Assembly: GCA_003518105.1 (NCBI GenBank)
Contig: DOZH01000012.1
Span: forward strand, 1 to 48,600
From: Candidatus Uhrbacteria bacterium
GTDB taxonomy: Bacteria > Patescibacteriota > Patescibacteriia > UBA9934
Direction of reading: 5' to 3'
DNA: 48,600 nucleotides
Both the position numbers and the translations under genes were made by a program. Below the pieces are notes generated by a model. That model was not told where the DNA came from and ran no database searches. It saw nothing but the letters and a program-made list of their open reading frames with translations. This document shows, in pieces, positions 20,090 through 28,742 of this stretch (position 1 is the first letter of the stretch; each line of letters begins with the position of its first letter).

Positions 20090-20794
20090 ATGATGACTGA
20101 ACGATTCTTTGTCTCGCCCGATTTTTTAGCTGAAAAAAACCAAGCTTTTACTATTCCAGCTGGACCGTTGTACCGGCAGATTGTAGCTGTGCTACGAATG
20201 AAGGCTGGTGATTTGTTAGGACTGCTGCCGAATGATGGGCGTGAATTAGTGTGCAAGATTACGGAGATCAATCGTTCCGGAATTATTGGCGACATTATTG
20301 AAACAGTTGCCAAGCCCGTGATTACACCGAATGTAATAGTGTGTGCAGCGCTCTTGAAACGCGAAAATTTTGAACTTATTTTGCAAAAGTGTACGGAGCT
20401 GGGGGCGACGTCGTTCTTACCGCTCGCGACTGAACGGACGATTAAGAAGTTGAGTGAGGTGCCGGAACGTTGGCTGGCAATTGTGCGCGAGGCGAGCGAA
20501 CAGTCGGGACGAGGCGTGATACCAATTATTCATGAGCCGCTCAGCTTTGAAAAAGCGTTAGCTAAGACGGATGGCTTGAGGCGAGTAGTGCTCCACGAAG
20601 GACATGGTGGAAAGTTGCCAGCCAAGAAGAAAGATGAGGCGATTGCTTTGTTTATTGGACCGGAAGGCGGGTTTACGGAACGCGAAATTACGCTCGCGAA
20701 AGATGCGGGGAGTCTCGTCACGCACCTGGGCGATGAACTAGTCATGCGGGCGGAAACAGCGGCGATTGCTGGGCTTACTTTGTTGCGATTGTAA
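20090..20794 (+). CDS. rsmE: 16S rRNA m3U1498 methyltransferase RsmE
   Basis: VLRM, QKCTELG, EASEQSGR, FIGPEGGFT, MRAETA; true start about 20090. Confidence 0.95.
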   Translation: MMTERFFVSPDFLAEKNQAFTIPAGPLYRQIVAVLRMKAGDLLGLLPNDGRELVCKITEINRSGIIGDIIETVAKPVITPNVIVCAALLKRENFELILQKCTELGATSFLPLATERTIKKLSEVPERWLAIVREASEQSGRGVIPIIHEPLSFEKALAKTDGLRRVVLHEGHGGKLPAKKKDEAIALFIGPEGGFTEREITLAKDAGSLVTHLGDELVMRAETAAIAGLTLLRL

Positions 20795-21221
20795 TTTCGC
20801 GCTCGTCCTCGCCCTGATGTTCGATGGTCACAGTGATATCTGGAGCCAGGTCGACGCTGACGGCGTTGGGCCATTCGATGAGGAGGATGGTGTCGGCGCG
20901 GCGCTCGTCGGCTAGGGATAAGGCGGAGAGCTCGGCGTCGGTTTGTAGGCGATAAAGGTCGACGTGAATGAGGCGCTTGATGCTGTTGATAACTACCCCG
21001 TGTCCGGGACGAGCCCTGTCCGGGACACGGTATTCGTTCATGACGGAAAAAGTGGGGCTTTTGACGCGATCGGTCACGCCGAGGGCGAGGGCGAGGCCTT
21101 GCACAAAGGTGGTTTTGCCGGCACCCAGGTCGCCAATGAGGGCAATGACTTCCCCACCGTGGAGAGTGCGAGCTAAGTCAGCGGCAATGGCCTGAGTCTC
21201 GGCAGCGTTGTGGGTAATCAT
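20775..21221 (-). CDS. tsaE: t6A biosynthesis ATPase TsaE
   Basis: GDLGAGKTTF, SPTF, HVDLYRL, IEWP. Confidence 0.96.
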   Translation of the reverse strand: MITHNAAETQAIAADLARTLHGGEVIALIGDLGAGKTTFVQGLALALGVTDRVKSPTFSVMNEYRVPDRARPGHGVVINSIKRLIHVDLYRLQTDAELSALSLADERRADTILLIEWPNAVSVDLAPDITVTIEHQGEDEREITIATK

Positions 21222-22240
21222 ACGATGTCCAAGTTAGGATTGGCCGATAAGGTGAGAGGGCTAACGAAGTTCTGGGCCAGAGCACGGTAATAACCAGCGA
21301 CGGCGATCATGGCGGCGTTGTCGAGCGCGTAGGCGAATGGCGGCACGTGGACGTCGACATTATGAGTTACGCCGAGAGCCTGGAGATTGGTCCGCAAGGA
21401 AAGGTTAGCAGCCACGCCACCAGCTAGGATAATTGATTTTGGCGAGTACTCGGCGATGGCGCGGGCAGTTTTTTTGATGAGGACGTCGATAACTGCTTCT
21501 TGGAAAGAGGCGGCGATGTCGGACCTAAATTTGGCGTCGTTGAGGCTCTCTTCATTGGCTCGTAACTTGTAGAGGACACTCGTTTTTAAGCCAGCAAAGC
21601 TGAAGTCGAGATTTGGTTTATCGAGCATCGCGCGAGGGAAATCGAAGGCAGTGGCGTCGCCCTGTTTGGCGAGTTGTTCGACCTGCGGGCCACCTGGATA
21701 TGGCAGGCCGAGCATTTTGGCGACCTTGTCGAAGGCTTCGCCGGCTGCGTCGTCGATAGTTTCGCCTAGGCGTTCGAAGCTACCGTGCCCACGCATTAAG
21801 ACGAGTTCGGTGTGACCACCGGAAACAATGAGAGCAAGAGCTGGGAATTGTGGTGGAGTGATGGTTTCGAGCCAGCTGGCGTAAATGTGACCTTCCAGGT
21901 GGCAGACTGGGACGAGGGGTTTGTGCCAGGCCCAGGCTAGGGCTTTGGCGGCTTCCACCCCGACACGGAGGGCAGGAGCGAGGCCAGGGCCAGCGGTTAC
22001 GGCAATGGCGTCGAGGTCGTCGGCCGAAACTTTGGCTTCGACGAGGGCCTGAGTGATCATGGGAAAAAGGTAGGCCAGATGCTCGCGGGCGGCGACTTCG
22101 GGGACGACGCCACCGTAGGCCTGGTGGATGTCGATTTGGCTACGCACGAGGCTGCTCTCGAGCGTCAAAACGTCACCTTGGCCAGAAAGAATGGCCACGG
22201 CGGTTTCGTCACAACTTGATTCAATGGCCAGAATTCGCAT
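21218..22240 (-). CDS. tsaD: tRNA N6-threonylcarbamoyltransferase TsaD
   Basis: MRILAIESSCDET, GGVVPEVAAREH, HLEGH, VSGGHT, GEAFDK, DNAAMIA. Confidence 0.98.
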   Translation of the reverse strand: MRILAIESSCDETAVAILSGQGDVLTLESSLVRSQIDIHQAYGGVVPEVAAREHLAYLFPMITQALVEAKVSADDLDAIAVTAGPGLAPALRVGVEAAKALAWAWHKPLVPVCHLEGHIYASWLETITPPQFPALALIVSGGHTELVLMRGHGSFERLGETIDDAAGEAFDKVAKMLGLPYPGGPQVEQLAKQGDATAFDFPRAMLDKPNLDFSFAGLKTSVLYKLRANEESLNDAKFRSDIAASFQEAVIDVLIKKTARAIAEYSPKSIILAGGVAANLSLRTNLQALGVTHNVDVHVPPFAYALDNAAMIAVAGYYRALAQNFVSPLTLSANPNLDIV

Positions 22241-22282
22241 AGACTGACATGGTATACTGAAACAGTAATAATCTCCCCTACT

Positions 22283-22882
22283 ATGCCTTACACTGAGCAA
22301 CAATTCAACCTACCGGAGCTGACGGGGCTCTCAGCTAAGCAGATTGAAGTCCACCTTAAGCTGTACGCAGGGTACGTCAAAAACGTGAATGCAGTTAAGG
22401 CAAAAATTGCCGAGTACATGGTGGACAGCACAGCGAACGCACTAGCAGTGGCAGAACTGACCCGACGATTTGGTTTCGAGTTTAATGGCATGAGGCTGCA
22501 CGAACTGTACTTTGAGGCGCTCGGCGGGAACGGCATTCCAGCCCCCTCCAACTCCCCCATAGCTGGGGGAGGGTTGTGCGAGGCTCTAGTGGCACAGTAC
22601 GGCAGCGTGGAGAACTGGTTGGCGGAGTTCAAGGCGATGGGCGTGATGCGCGGCATTGGTTGGGTACTACTGACTTACGACGAGAAGGGTCAAGTTTTCC
22701 ACAACGTTTGGGTAAGTGACCATGAGCTCGGTCATTTAGCTGACACAAAAATTATCATCGCTATGGATGTGTGGGAACATGCTTTTATGGTGGACTATGT
22801 GCCGGCGCAGAAGGCCGATTACGTAAGTGCGTTCTTGGCGAACTTGAAGTGGGACGTAGTTGAAAGTCGATTTTCGGCCTAA
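22283..22882 (+). CDS. sod: Fe/Mn superoxide dismutase family
   Basis: H..LY.GYV.N.N, NGMRLHELYF, DVWEHAFMVDY. Confidence 0.93.
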   Translation: MPYTEQQFNLPELTGLSAKQIEVHLKLYAGYVKNVNAVKAKIAEYMVDSTANALAVAELTRRFGFEFNGMRLHELYFEALGGNGIPAPSNSPIAGGGLCEALVAQYGSVENWLAEFKAMGVMRGIGWVLLTYDEKGQVFHNVWVSDHELGHLADTKIIIAMDVWEHAFMVDYVPAQKADYVSAFLANLKWDVVESRFSA

Positions 22883-23811
22883 GAACCGAGGGCTAGCAAG
22901 ATGTCACCTTTTTTGAGGCGCATGGTTTCCTTCCACCAGAGAGGAGTGCCGCTCGAGATGGCGCGGATGATTTTCTCACCTGTACCGTCGAGTCTGGTGA
23001 CTTGGCCGAGGGTAGTTCCCTGCTTAATGAAGGAATAGTCGATGTCTGCGGGCTGCCAGAGACCGTCCGAGGCGGCGGTGATGAAAGAGACGTGGGTCAT
23101 GACTCGCGTTTCTTTTCGTTCTGGCGTGCCATCGATGAGGCCGAGTAATTGCATGGTGGAGGTGAGCCAGGCGAGGTGGCGAGCGGCGTCGTCCGATAAT
23201 TCGGTGCGACGCGAACCGGATTCGGCCACGATGTAAGTGCAGCCTTGTTTGGCGAGGGCGGCGGGCTTGAGGCCGAAGTGGGCCCGTTCGTACAGAATAT
23301 TTTCGGCGATACCATAATGGATGAGGTCGCGAGCTAGGGCGTCAACTTTAGCCACACCTGTATTGTGGAGCCAGAGATATGGATTGACGCCCTCCGTGAT
23401 GGCGGCGCCGTGGAGGTCGTACCAACAGTCAGCCTCGGAAGCTAGGCTCGAGATGACGGCTAGGAGGCGCTCGGTGGGAGAACCGTCGACGCGACCTGGG
23501 AAGATGTACTTGGGGAACTTATCATCAAGGGGGTTGTGGCTGCACTCGGCTTGGAAGCCGGGGATGTTGACGACGGGGATGACGATGAGGCGGCCAGCGA
23601 AGTCGAGGGCTGTATAGCGCTCGATGAGTTGGTAAGCGGCCGTAATGCCAGCGTATTCGTCGCCGTCCATACCGGCGGTAACGACAAGCGTCGGCCCGGG
23701 GCGAAGGCCCACGAGATCGGCGATCGGTAGTTCGATAGTGGTGTCGCCTAAGTCGACCCGTTGCAAACGGATGGGGCTGCCTTTGAACATGGACATTATC
23801 TGCTTGAACAT
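22879..23811 (-). CDS. Succinylglutamate desuccinylase/aspartoacylase (M14-like) protein
   Basis: GPTLVVTAGMDGDEYAG, IPVVN, FPG..DGS.TER, DLHG; first His ligand replaced by Asp. Confidence 0.85.
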   Translation of the reverse strand: MFKQIMSMFKGSPIRLQRVDLGDTTIELPIADLVGLRPGPTLVVTAGMDGDEYAGITAAYQLIERYTALDFAGRLIVIPVVNIPGFQAECSHNPLDDKFPKYIFPGRVDGSPTERLLAVISSLASEADCWYDLHGAAITEGVNPYLWLHNTGVAKVDALARDLIHYGIAENILYERAHFGLKPAALAKQGCTYIVAESGSRRTELSDDAARHLAWLTSTMQLLGLIDGTPERKETRVMTHVSFITAASDGLWQPADIDYSFIKQGTTLGQVTRLDGTGEKIIRAISSGTPLWWKETMRLKKGDILLALGS

Positions 23812-23838
23812 GGTCGTAGTATAGCCTAATGTGTTACC

Positions 23839-25359
23839 ATGACGCTACTTATGGACGCTCAATCGTATCAGGATTTAATGGATGATTTCGCCGAGCTTAG
23901 GGCGATTGTTGGCGATAATATTAAGAGATTAGTTGGCCTCAAGAAGCCATTAGAGAAGCATGTGAGGCCTGGAACAGCGAATGTACTAACCGAATTTATC
24001 GCTAGCACTATTACGAACTATCAGAAGCTCGATAATGATTTGAAAACGTTATTATCGATGGGAGTCGAGGAGGACGTGAGGCGAGCAATAGCTGAAAAGA
24101 AACGGATAGCTGACGTAGTGCGAAGTTTGCAAGGCGTGACTGGTTCCCTTTTGGCGTCGACAGACTGGCAAGCGCCGTCTTTTGCGAGCGCGGAGCAGTC
24201 GCAGGCTGGAACGCAAACGGGCCAGATTACGGGGACGGTCAATGATTACAAACGCGACCACCATACTGACGCCACAAATTATGAGAGGCGCTGGCGACAG
24301 GCGTACATTGATGCGCCGTTCCGCTTCCCTCCTCAAGTTTATGTGACGGCGAGTGGCATGGCGGCGTTTAGCACGGTGCTGACCACGCTGGCCACGGAGG
24401 ATAAGATCAACGGGCCGATACTGGCTGGCCAGGCATGTTATTTTGAAAATAAGTTATTACTTGAGAAGATTTTTCCAGGGCAGATTCAATACGTCGACGA
24501 GATGGATACAGAAAGTGTACTGGCGGCAATGAACGAGCTGCAACCGGCGGCAATTTTCTTTGATACACTTGGGAATACGGAGGACGTGGCAGCACCTGAC
24601 ATGGCGCGGTTAGTGCCGAAGATGATCGAGGCGATTAAGCGACCGACGATTTTGGTACTCGATACGACGGGGACGGCGACCAGCTACCAGCCGCTACGAG
24701 ACTTCCCGCGCGGGCCGTGCAAGCTCAGTTTAATTGTGGTCGAGAGTCTGCTTAAGTATCACCAGTTTGGCTTTGACCGCGTGAGTGCTGGCTTGATGTG
24801 GCGAACTGGACTGACGCCGCTCGGTATTTTTGGTAACCGTATGCATTTGGGGACGGGACTGGTGGATGCTTCCGTGCTCGCTTTGCCGCAGCCGAATAGA
24901 AAGTTGTTCGATAAGCGATTAGCAAGGATGAGTAGGAATGCGAACTTAGTGGCGAAGGCTCTGGACGAACATGCCAGGACGACGAAGATGACGGCCTTGG
25001 CAGAAGTGGTGTACCCGGGGTTGCCGAGTCATCCGGCTTACGAATGGATGAGTAAGCGTGATTTTCAGGGGAGTTTCTTGGTGTTCAAACTAAAACCGCA
25101 ATATTGCTTTACGGCGTATTACAAAAAGTTCCTGAAGCTGGTCGTCGACGAGGCGCGCAAGGCTGGCGTCGACCTAAACGGTGGCAGTAGCTTCGGTTTT
25201 GACACGACACGGGTGTATTTGACGGCTTTGTATGCTCGTGACCACGCCGCGCCGTTTATTCGGATTAGCGTGGGTACAGAGACGCTGTACGAGGTGGAGA
25301 AGTTGATTGTGGCCTTAACCAGGGCGGTCGATAAACTGGCGTTTAGGTTGCCGCTGTAA
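23839..25359 (+). CDS. PLP-dependent Cys/Met-metabolism family enzyme with N-terminal extension
   Basis: SGMAAF, VLDTT, ESLLKY (PLP Lys), YPGLPSHP, IRISVG.E. Confidence 0.85.
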   Translation: MTLLMDAQSYQDLMDDFAELRAIVGDNIKRLVGLKKPLEKHVRPGTANVLTEFIASTITNYQKLDNDLKTLLSMGVEEDVRRAIAEKKRIADVVRSLQGVTGSLLASTDWQAPSFASAEQSQAGTQTGQITGTVNDYKRDHHTDATNYERRWRQAYIDAPFRFPPQVYVTASGMAAFSTVLTTLATEDKINGPILAGQACYFENKLLLEKIFPGQIQYVDEMDTESVLAAMNELQPAAIFFDTLGNTEDVAAPDMARLVPKMIEAIKRPTILVLDTTGTATSYQPLRDFPRGPCKLSLIVVESLLKYHQFGFDRVSAGLMWRTGLTPLGIFGNRMHLGTGLVDASVLALPQPNRKLFDKRLARMSRNANLVAKALDEHARTTKMTALAEVVYPGLPSHPAYEWMSKRDFQGSFLVFKLKPQYCFTAYYKKFLKLVVDEARKAGVDLNGGSSFGFDTTRVYLTALYARDHAAPFIRISVGTETLYEVEKLIVALTRAVDKLAFRLPL

Positions 25360-25365
25360 TCACAC

Positions 25366-25689
25366 CTAGCGCACGGCGACTTTTTGCTTGAGTTCGACGA
25401 TATCTTGTTTAACGACGATCATTTCACACTGGAGCTCACTTATTTGGGGCAAGACTGATACTTCAAGGATACCAGCGATATCCAAGACTGTTTCGCGACG
25501 AGTATCTTCGATCTTTTTATTAAGTCGGTTCTCAAGCGATTTATTCATGGCGTACATTTCGTCACGAAGTTCAAGCTTAAAAATGTGATTATTCTGCTCG
25601 ATGGTGTCTTTAACGATGGCCGGTACGGTTTCTTTGATTACTTCTTGCATGGTAGCCCGGATGGCCGCCATGTCGTCTTTGTGCAACAT
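25366..25689 (-). CDS. Small coiled-coil hypothetical protein, paralog A
   Basis: MLHKDDMAAIRA..LRDEMYA.NK.LEN..ILE..VLPQI.ELQ shared with 27087-27383. Confidence 0.8.
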   Translation of the reverse strand: MLHKDDMAAIRATMQEVIKETVPAIVKDTIEQNNHIFKLELRDEMYAMNKSLENRLNKKIEDTRRETVLDIAGILEVSVLPQISELQCEMIVVKQDIVELKQKVAVR

Positions 25690-25730
25690 AAAAAGCTGTG
25701 AAGAATAAAGCGGGGAGCATCTGGGGAGAT
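25654..25730. repeat. 77-bp direct repeat, copy 1 (leader plus first 12 codons)
   Basis: 74/77 identical to 27348-27424. Confidence 0.95.
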
Positions 25731-25782
25731 AAAGCTATTCTACCATAAGTTTTAGCGGGTCAAAACTGGGCTGTGTACAGCA

Positions 25783-25811
25783 TTGACTTCCCTGCCCTAT
25801 TGGGCTATATT
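25783..25811 (+). promoter_or_regulatory. tRNA-Glu promoter
   Basis: TTGACT-17-TATATT. Confidence 0.7.
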
Positions 25812-25831
25812 ACCCGCACATTTAGCCATAT

Positions 25832-25906
25832 GGCTCCATCGTCTAATGGTTAGGACACGGGCTTTTCAAGCCTGTAACGGGGGTTCGACTCCCCCTGGAG
25901 TCACCA
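25832..25906 (+). tRNA. tRNA-Glu(TTC)
   Basis: Cloverleaf GGCTCCA/TGGAGTC, anticodon loop TT-TTC-AA, GGTTCGACTCC, encoded CCA. Confidence 0.98.
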
Positions 25907-25940
25907 AAAAATACCAGCCTCGGCTGGTTTTTTTTGTGGC

Positions 25941-26062
25941 TCCAGAGAACAGGCCCAGTGGCCTGTTCGTGGGGAGGAGAACGCCGGAGCCATGTGCGAG
26001 CATGACGAGGCGGTGGCCAGCCCGAACCGAGTGTCGACGAGGTGAGAGGCGAGGCCGACTCC
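25941..26062. repeat. tRNA-downstream structured element
   Basis: 25-bp block 26032-26056 identical to 46824-46848; segment absent from the sister site 27037-27084. Confidence 0.7.
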
Positions 26063-26192
26063 TGTATTCACGAGCAACAACAAACCCCGTGCTGAGAACA
26101 ACAGCGTTCCCAGAACGGGGCTGTTGCTCGCACGGGGCGAGAGCGATGGTGGTCATTGGTCAATACCACCGGTTGATGCCACGGCTGACCAA

Positions 26193-26855
26193 TCAGCGTC
26201 GACGCGGGATGGGGTCGGGAGTGAGGGTGACCGTAGAGGTCGGGGCAGCGGTAGGACGGAATGCCTCAGCCTCATCTTCCTCACGGAACTGTGTCCTCTC
26301 ATCATCTTTGAGGTGGCTACCGAGAGTGTTCCGTGTCGACGGGTTGGCAGGCAGTCCGAACGCTACCGTCACTGTTGTGAGTGCCTCCTCACGAGTGTAG
26401 GAGACGCTGTTGCCGCAGGTATTGCCTACGTACACTTCGACGAACTCGTCGCCCCTGGGCTCGAGGCACAGGATGTCGCCGCTCTCCGCCTTGTGGGCGC
26501 ACAGCCGATTGCCAATCGCGCCGGTCTTCCATCCGCTATAGCTGAAGCGGGGATGATTTGCGTCCCAGAGCAATTGAGACCACCAGTGCCGCAGCTGCTC
26601 CATGAGCAGAGCCTCGCTCACGGGGTTCGTGTACCCGCCAGCAGGACTCGCGACCAACCGGGGCACCATCTGGTAGCTTTCAGCCGGGTCGTAGACGTAC
26701 GTCTGACACCCTACCTTCAGCACCAAGGGCGTCGTGTCCAACGGCCGGGGCGACGGGACGTAGACGAACGCTGGCCTCGCGTCGTACTCCTCGGTTGGCG
26801 TGTTTGCGGGCGCCTGATCACTGGCAAATGCTGCACTCAGAAAAAGGACGATCAT
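26193..26855 (-). CDS. Orphan protein with short signal-peptide-like N-terminus
   Basis: Promoter TTGACA-17-TATATT (26900-26928), GGAGGT SD before ATG 26855, hairpin 26070-26138. Confidence 0.75.
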   Translation of the reverse strand: MIVLFLSAAFASDQAPANTPTEEYDARPAFVYVPSPRPLDTTPLVLKVGCQTYVYDPAESYQMVPRLVASPAGGYTNPVSEALLMEQLRHWWSQLLWDANHPRFSYSGWKTGAIGNRLCAHKAESGDILCLEPRGDEFVEVYVGNTCGNSVSYTREEALTTVTVAFGLPANPSTRNTLGSHLKDDERTQFREEDEAEAFRPTAAPTSTVTLTPDPIPRRR

Positions 26856-27086
26856 GGGGAACCTCCGGTTCGGGAAAGAAAATCCAAACTTGCTTTTGTA
26901 ATATAGCAAAAAATGGGCATTTTGTCAATGTAAACCTAAAGAAAATCAAAAAATTAGGCCTTTACTTAGCCCCATGCAAGCTGCATTTTTTACTACGTCG
27001 ATACCACACAAATATTCGACCAATGTGACCTTTGGTTCACCAAAAATACCAGTTTAGGCTGGTATTTTTTTGTGGCCGACTCCCTA

Positions 27087-27383
27087 CTATACACCAACCC
27101 TCACTTTCAACTGCGCCACGTCGTGCTGGAGTTCCGCGATTTGCGGGAGGATTGCACCGTCCAGTATGTCGCCGATATCGGAGACGATTTCCGTGCGCAT
27201 GACTCTCATCTCAATACGGAGCTGTTGGATATCAGCCTTAATATCACGGCGCAGACTATTTTCTAAAGCCTTGTTAGCGGAGTAGATTTCGTCTCGAATG
27301 TCCAATCTTAAAGCATGAACGGTGGATTCGAGTACCTCAATCATGAGAGCCCGGATGGCCGCCATGTCGTTCTTGTGCAACAT
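27087..27383 (-). CDS. Small coiled-coil hypothetical protein, paralog B
   Basis: Paralog of 25366-25689. Confidence 0.8.
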   Translation of the reverse strand: MLHKNDMAAIRALMIEVLESTVHALRLDIRDEIYSANKALENSLRRDIKADIQQLRIEMRVMRTEIVSDIGDILDGAILPQIAELQHDVAQLKVRVGV

Positions 27384-27424
27384 AAAAAGCTGTGAAGAAT
27401 AAAGCGGGGTGCATCTGGGGAGAT
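27348..27424. repeat. 77-bp direct repeat, copy 2
   Basis: 74/77 identical to 25654-25730. Confidence 0.95.
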
Positions 27425-27507
27425 GATGTTATTGTACCACAAATGAAAAGACGTCAATAAACAAAACGACACCCGCCTGAGCCGAGGCCCAAGCGGGGCG
27501 TTCGGTG

Positions 27508-28335
27508 TCAGACGGGTGGGAAACGAGGGTGAGTGAGGTCGGTGATGGTGAAGAGGCCGACGTCGTGAGGGAGGTGGTAGCTCGGGCCGAGCAGGCTGGC
27601 GAGATACAGACGCAACTCGTTCAGCAGAGAATCGGTGATGAGCGCCGGATCGCACTGCAGGAAGAAGGCCGCCAGGTCGCGGTTGTTCTTGGGCTGGAAG
27701 CACGAACTGGTTTTGATGCTGGCCACGAAACCGTGACGCTCGAAGTGACGCTCGCCAATCTCCTGATCGAGCCCGTCGAGGATAGCTTCGACTTCGCTAT
27801 CGGTGGAGATGACGTGCGGACCGCCCTGTACGTGCTCGCGGAACTGCTCCTGCACCTGGTGAATCCCCCGTCGGCCGTGGTGGCCAATGAGGACTTCGCG
27901 GCCGAGGCCGAGAATTTTCTGCAGGCTGGCCCGTAGGTCCTCGACGTGGTAGAGCATCTGGTATGCGATGACGAGGTCGAACGGTCCCCCTTCTGCGACA
28001 AAACTCTCGAGCGTGCCCTGCTTGAGGATCAGTTGAGAACCACGAACGGTGGGCGCGGTGCTCTCGAACTGGTCCAACTGGGCTTGGTGCGGGTCGACAA
28101 CGAAGTAGTCAACCTTCTGACCTCGATTCTGCATCATCTTCATGATGGGCTGGCTCGTGGCACCGTTGCCGCAACCGAGGTCCAGCACCCTGACCGGACG
28201 GTCAAAGATGCGAGAGGCCTGATAACGCAGGTAGAGCCGGCCGAACCGCTCGATGAAGAACTGCTTCTCGTCGGTGGCGGCGAGATAGGCGGCAAAGGGG
28301 CCGTCGGTGAAGACAGAGGCGGGGGTATTGGACAT
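27508..28335 (-). CDS. Class I SAM-dependent methyltransferase
   Basis: VLDLGCGNG, VDP, FDLVIA.QMLYHV; own promoter TGGACA-17-TAGTCT, AGGAG SD, terminator 27461-27503. Confidence 0.88.
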   Translation of the reverse strand: MSNTPASVFTDGPFAAYLAATDEKQFFIERFGRLYLRYQASRIFDRPVRVLDLGCGNGATSQPIMKMMQNRGQKVDYFVVDPHQAQLDQFESTAPTVRGSQLILKQGTLESFVAEGGPFDLVIAYQMLYHVEDLRASLQKILGLGREVLIGHHGRRGIHQVQEQFREHVQGGPHVISTDSEVEAILDGLDQEIGERHFERHGFVASIKTSSCFQPKNNRDLAAFFLQCDPALITDSLLNELRLYLASLLGPSYHLPHDVGLFTITDLTHPRFPPV

Positions 28336-28454
28336 GATCTGCTCCTGAAAAAGGATGCGAAGACTCGCTCACTAGGTTGGCGAACGAGGCAAAAGACTAA
28401 CAAAAATAGCAGCTTTTGTCCAGAGACAGGCTGCTATTTTTAGTGATTTGATGA

Positions 28455-28739
28455 TTAGTCTTGCTTAGCCAATTGCTCCAGTAACTCAGGAATATCTGCT
28501 TCGGTGACTTCGCCTAACCAGAGGTTGTCTGGCATGATGACGAGGGAGACGCCGGTTTCGCAGTTGTTGAGGCAGCCTGTTTTGACCACGCGGACGTCCG
28601 TGAAGCGAGCTTTAACGGCAGCCTTGAGGGGCTCGAAGAGTTCGATGGCGCCACGCTGCAGACAGCAATTTACACCTGGAGCGCGGTCGTTGGTACAGAC
28701 GAGGACGAGTTTACGGTACGGGTGAGGAGCCAAACGCAT
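28455..28739 (-). CDS. Thioredoxin-like [2Fe-2S] ferredoxin
   Basis: VCTN.R....CC, KTGCLNNC..G, PDNLW..VT..D. Confidence 0.9.
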   Translation of the reverse strand: MRLAPHPYRKLVLVCTNDRAPGVNCCLQRGAIELFEPLKAAVKARFTDVRVVKTGCLNNCETGVSLVIMPDNLWLGEVTEADIPELLEQLAKQD

Positions 28740-28742
28740 AAA

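Noticed and set aside
25783-26906. ORFs 25783-26400 and 26124-26906 on plus
   Set aside because: The first runs through tRNA-Glu and its terminator. The second is antisense to the ORF that has promoter, SD and terminator.
26974-27057. 27-aa ORF MQAAFFTT...
   Set aside because: No SD or clear -10 box; runs through a terminator hairpin.
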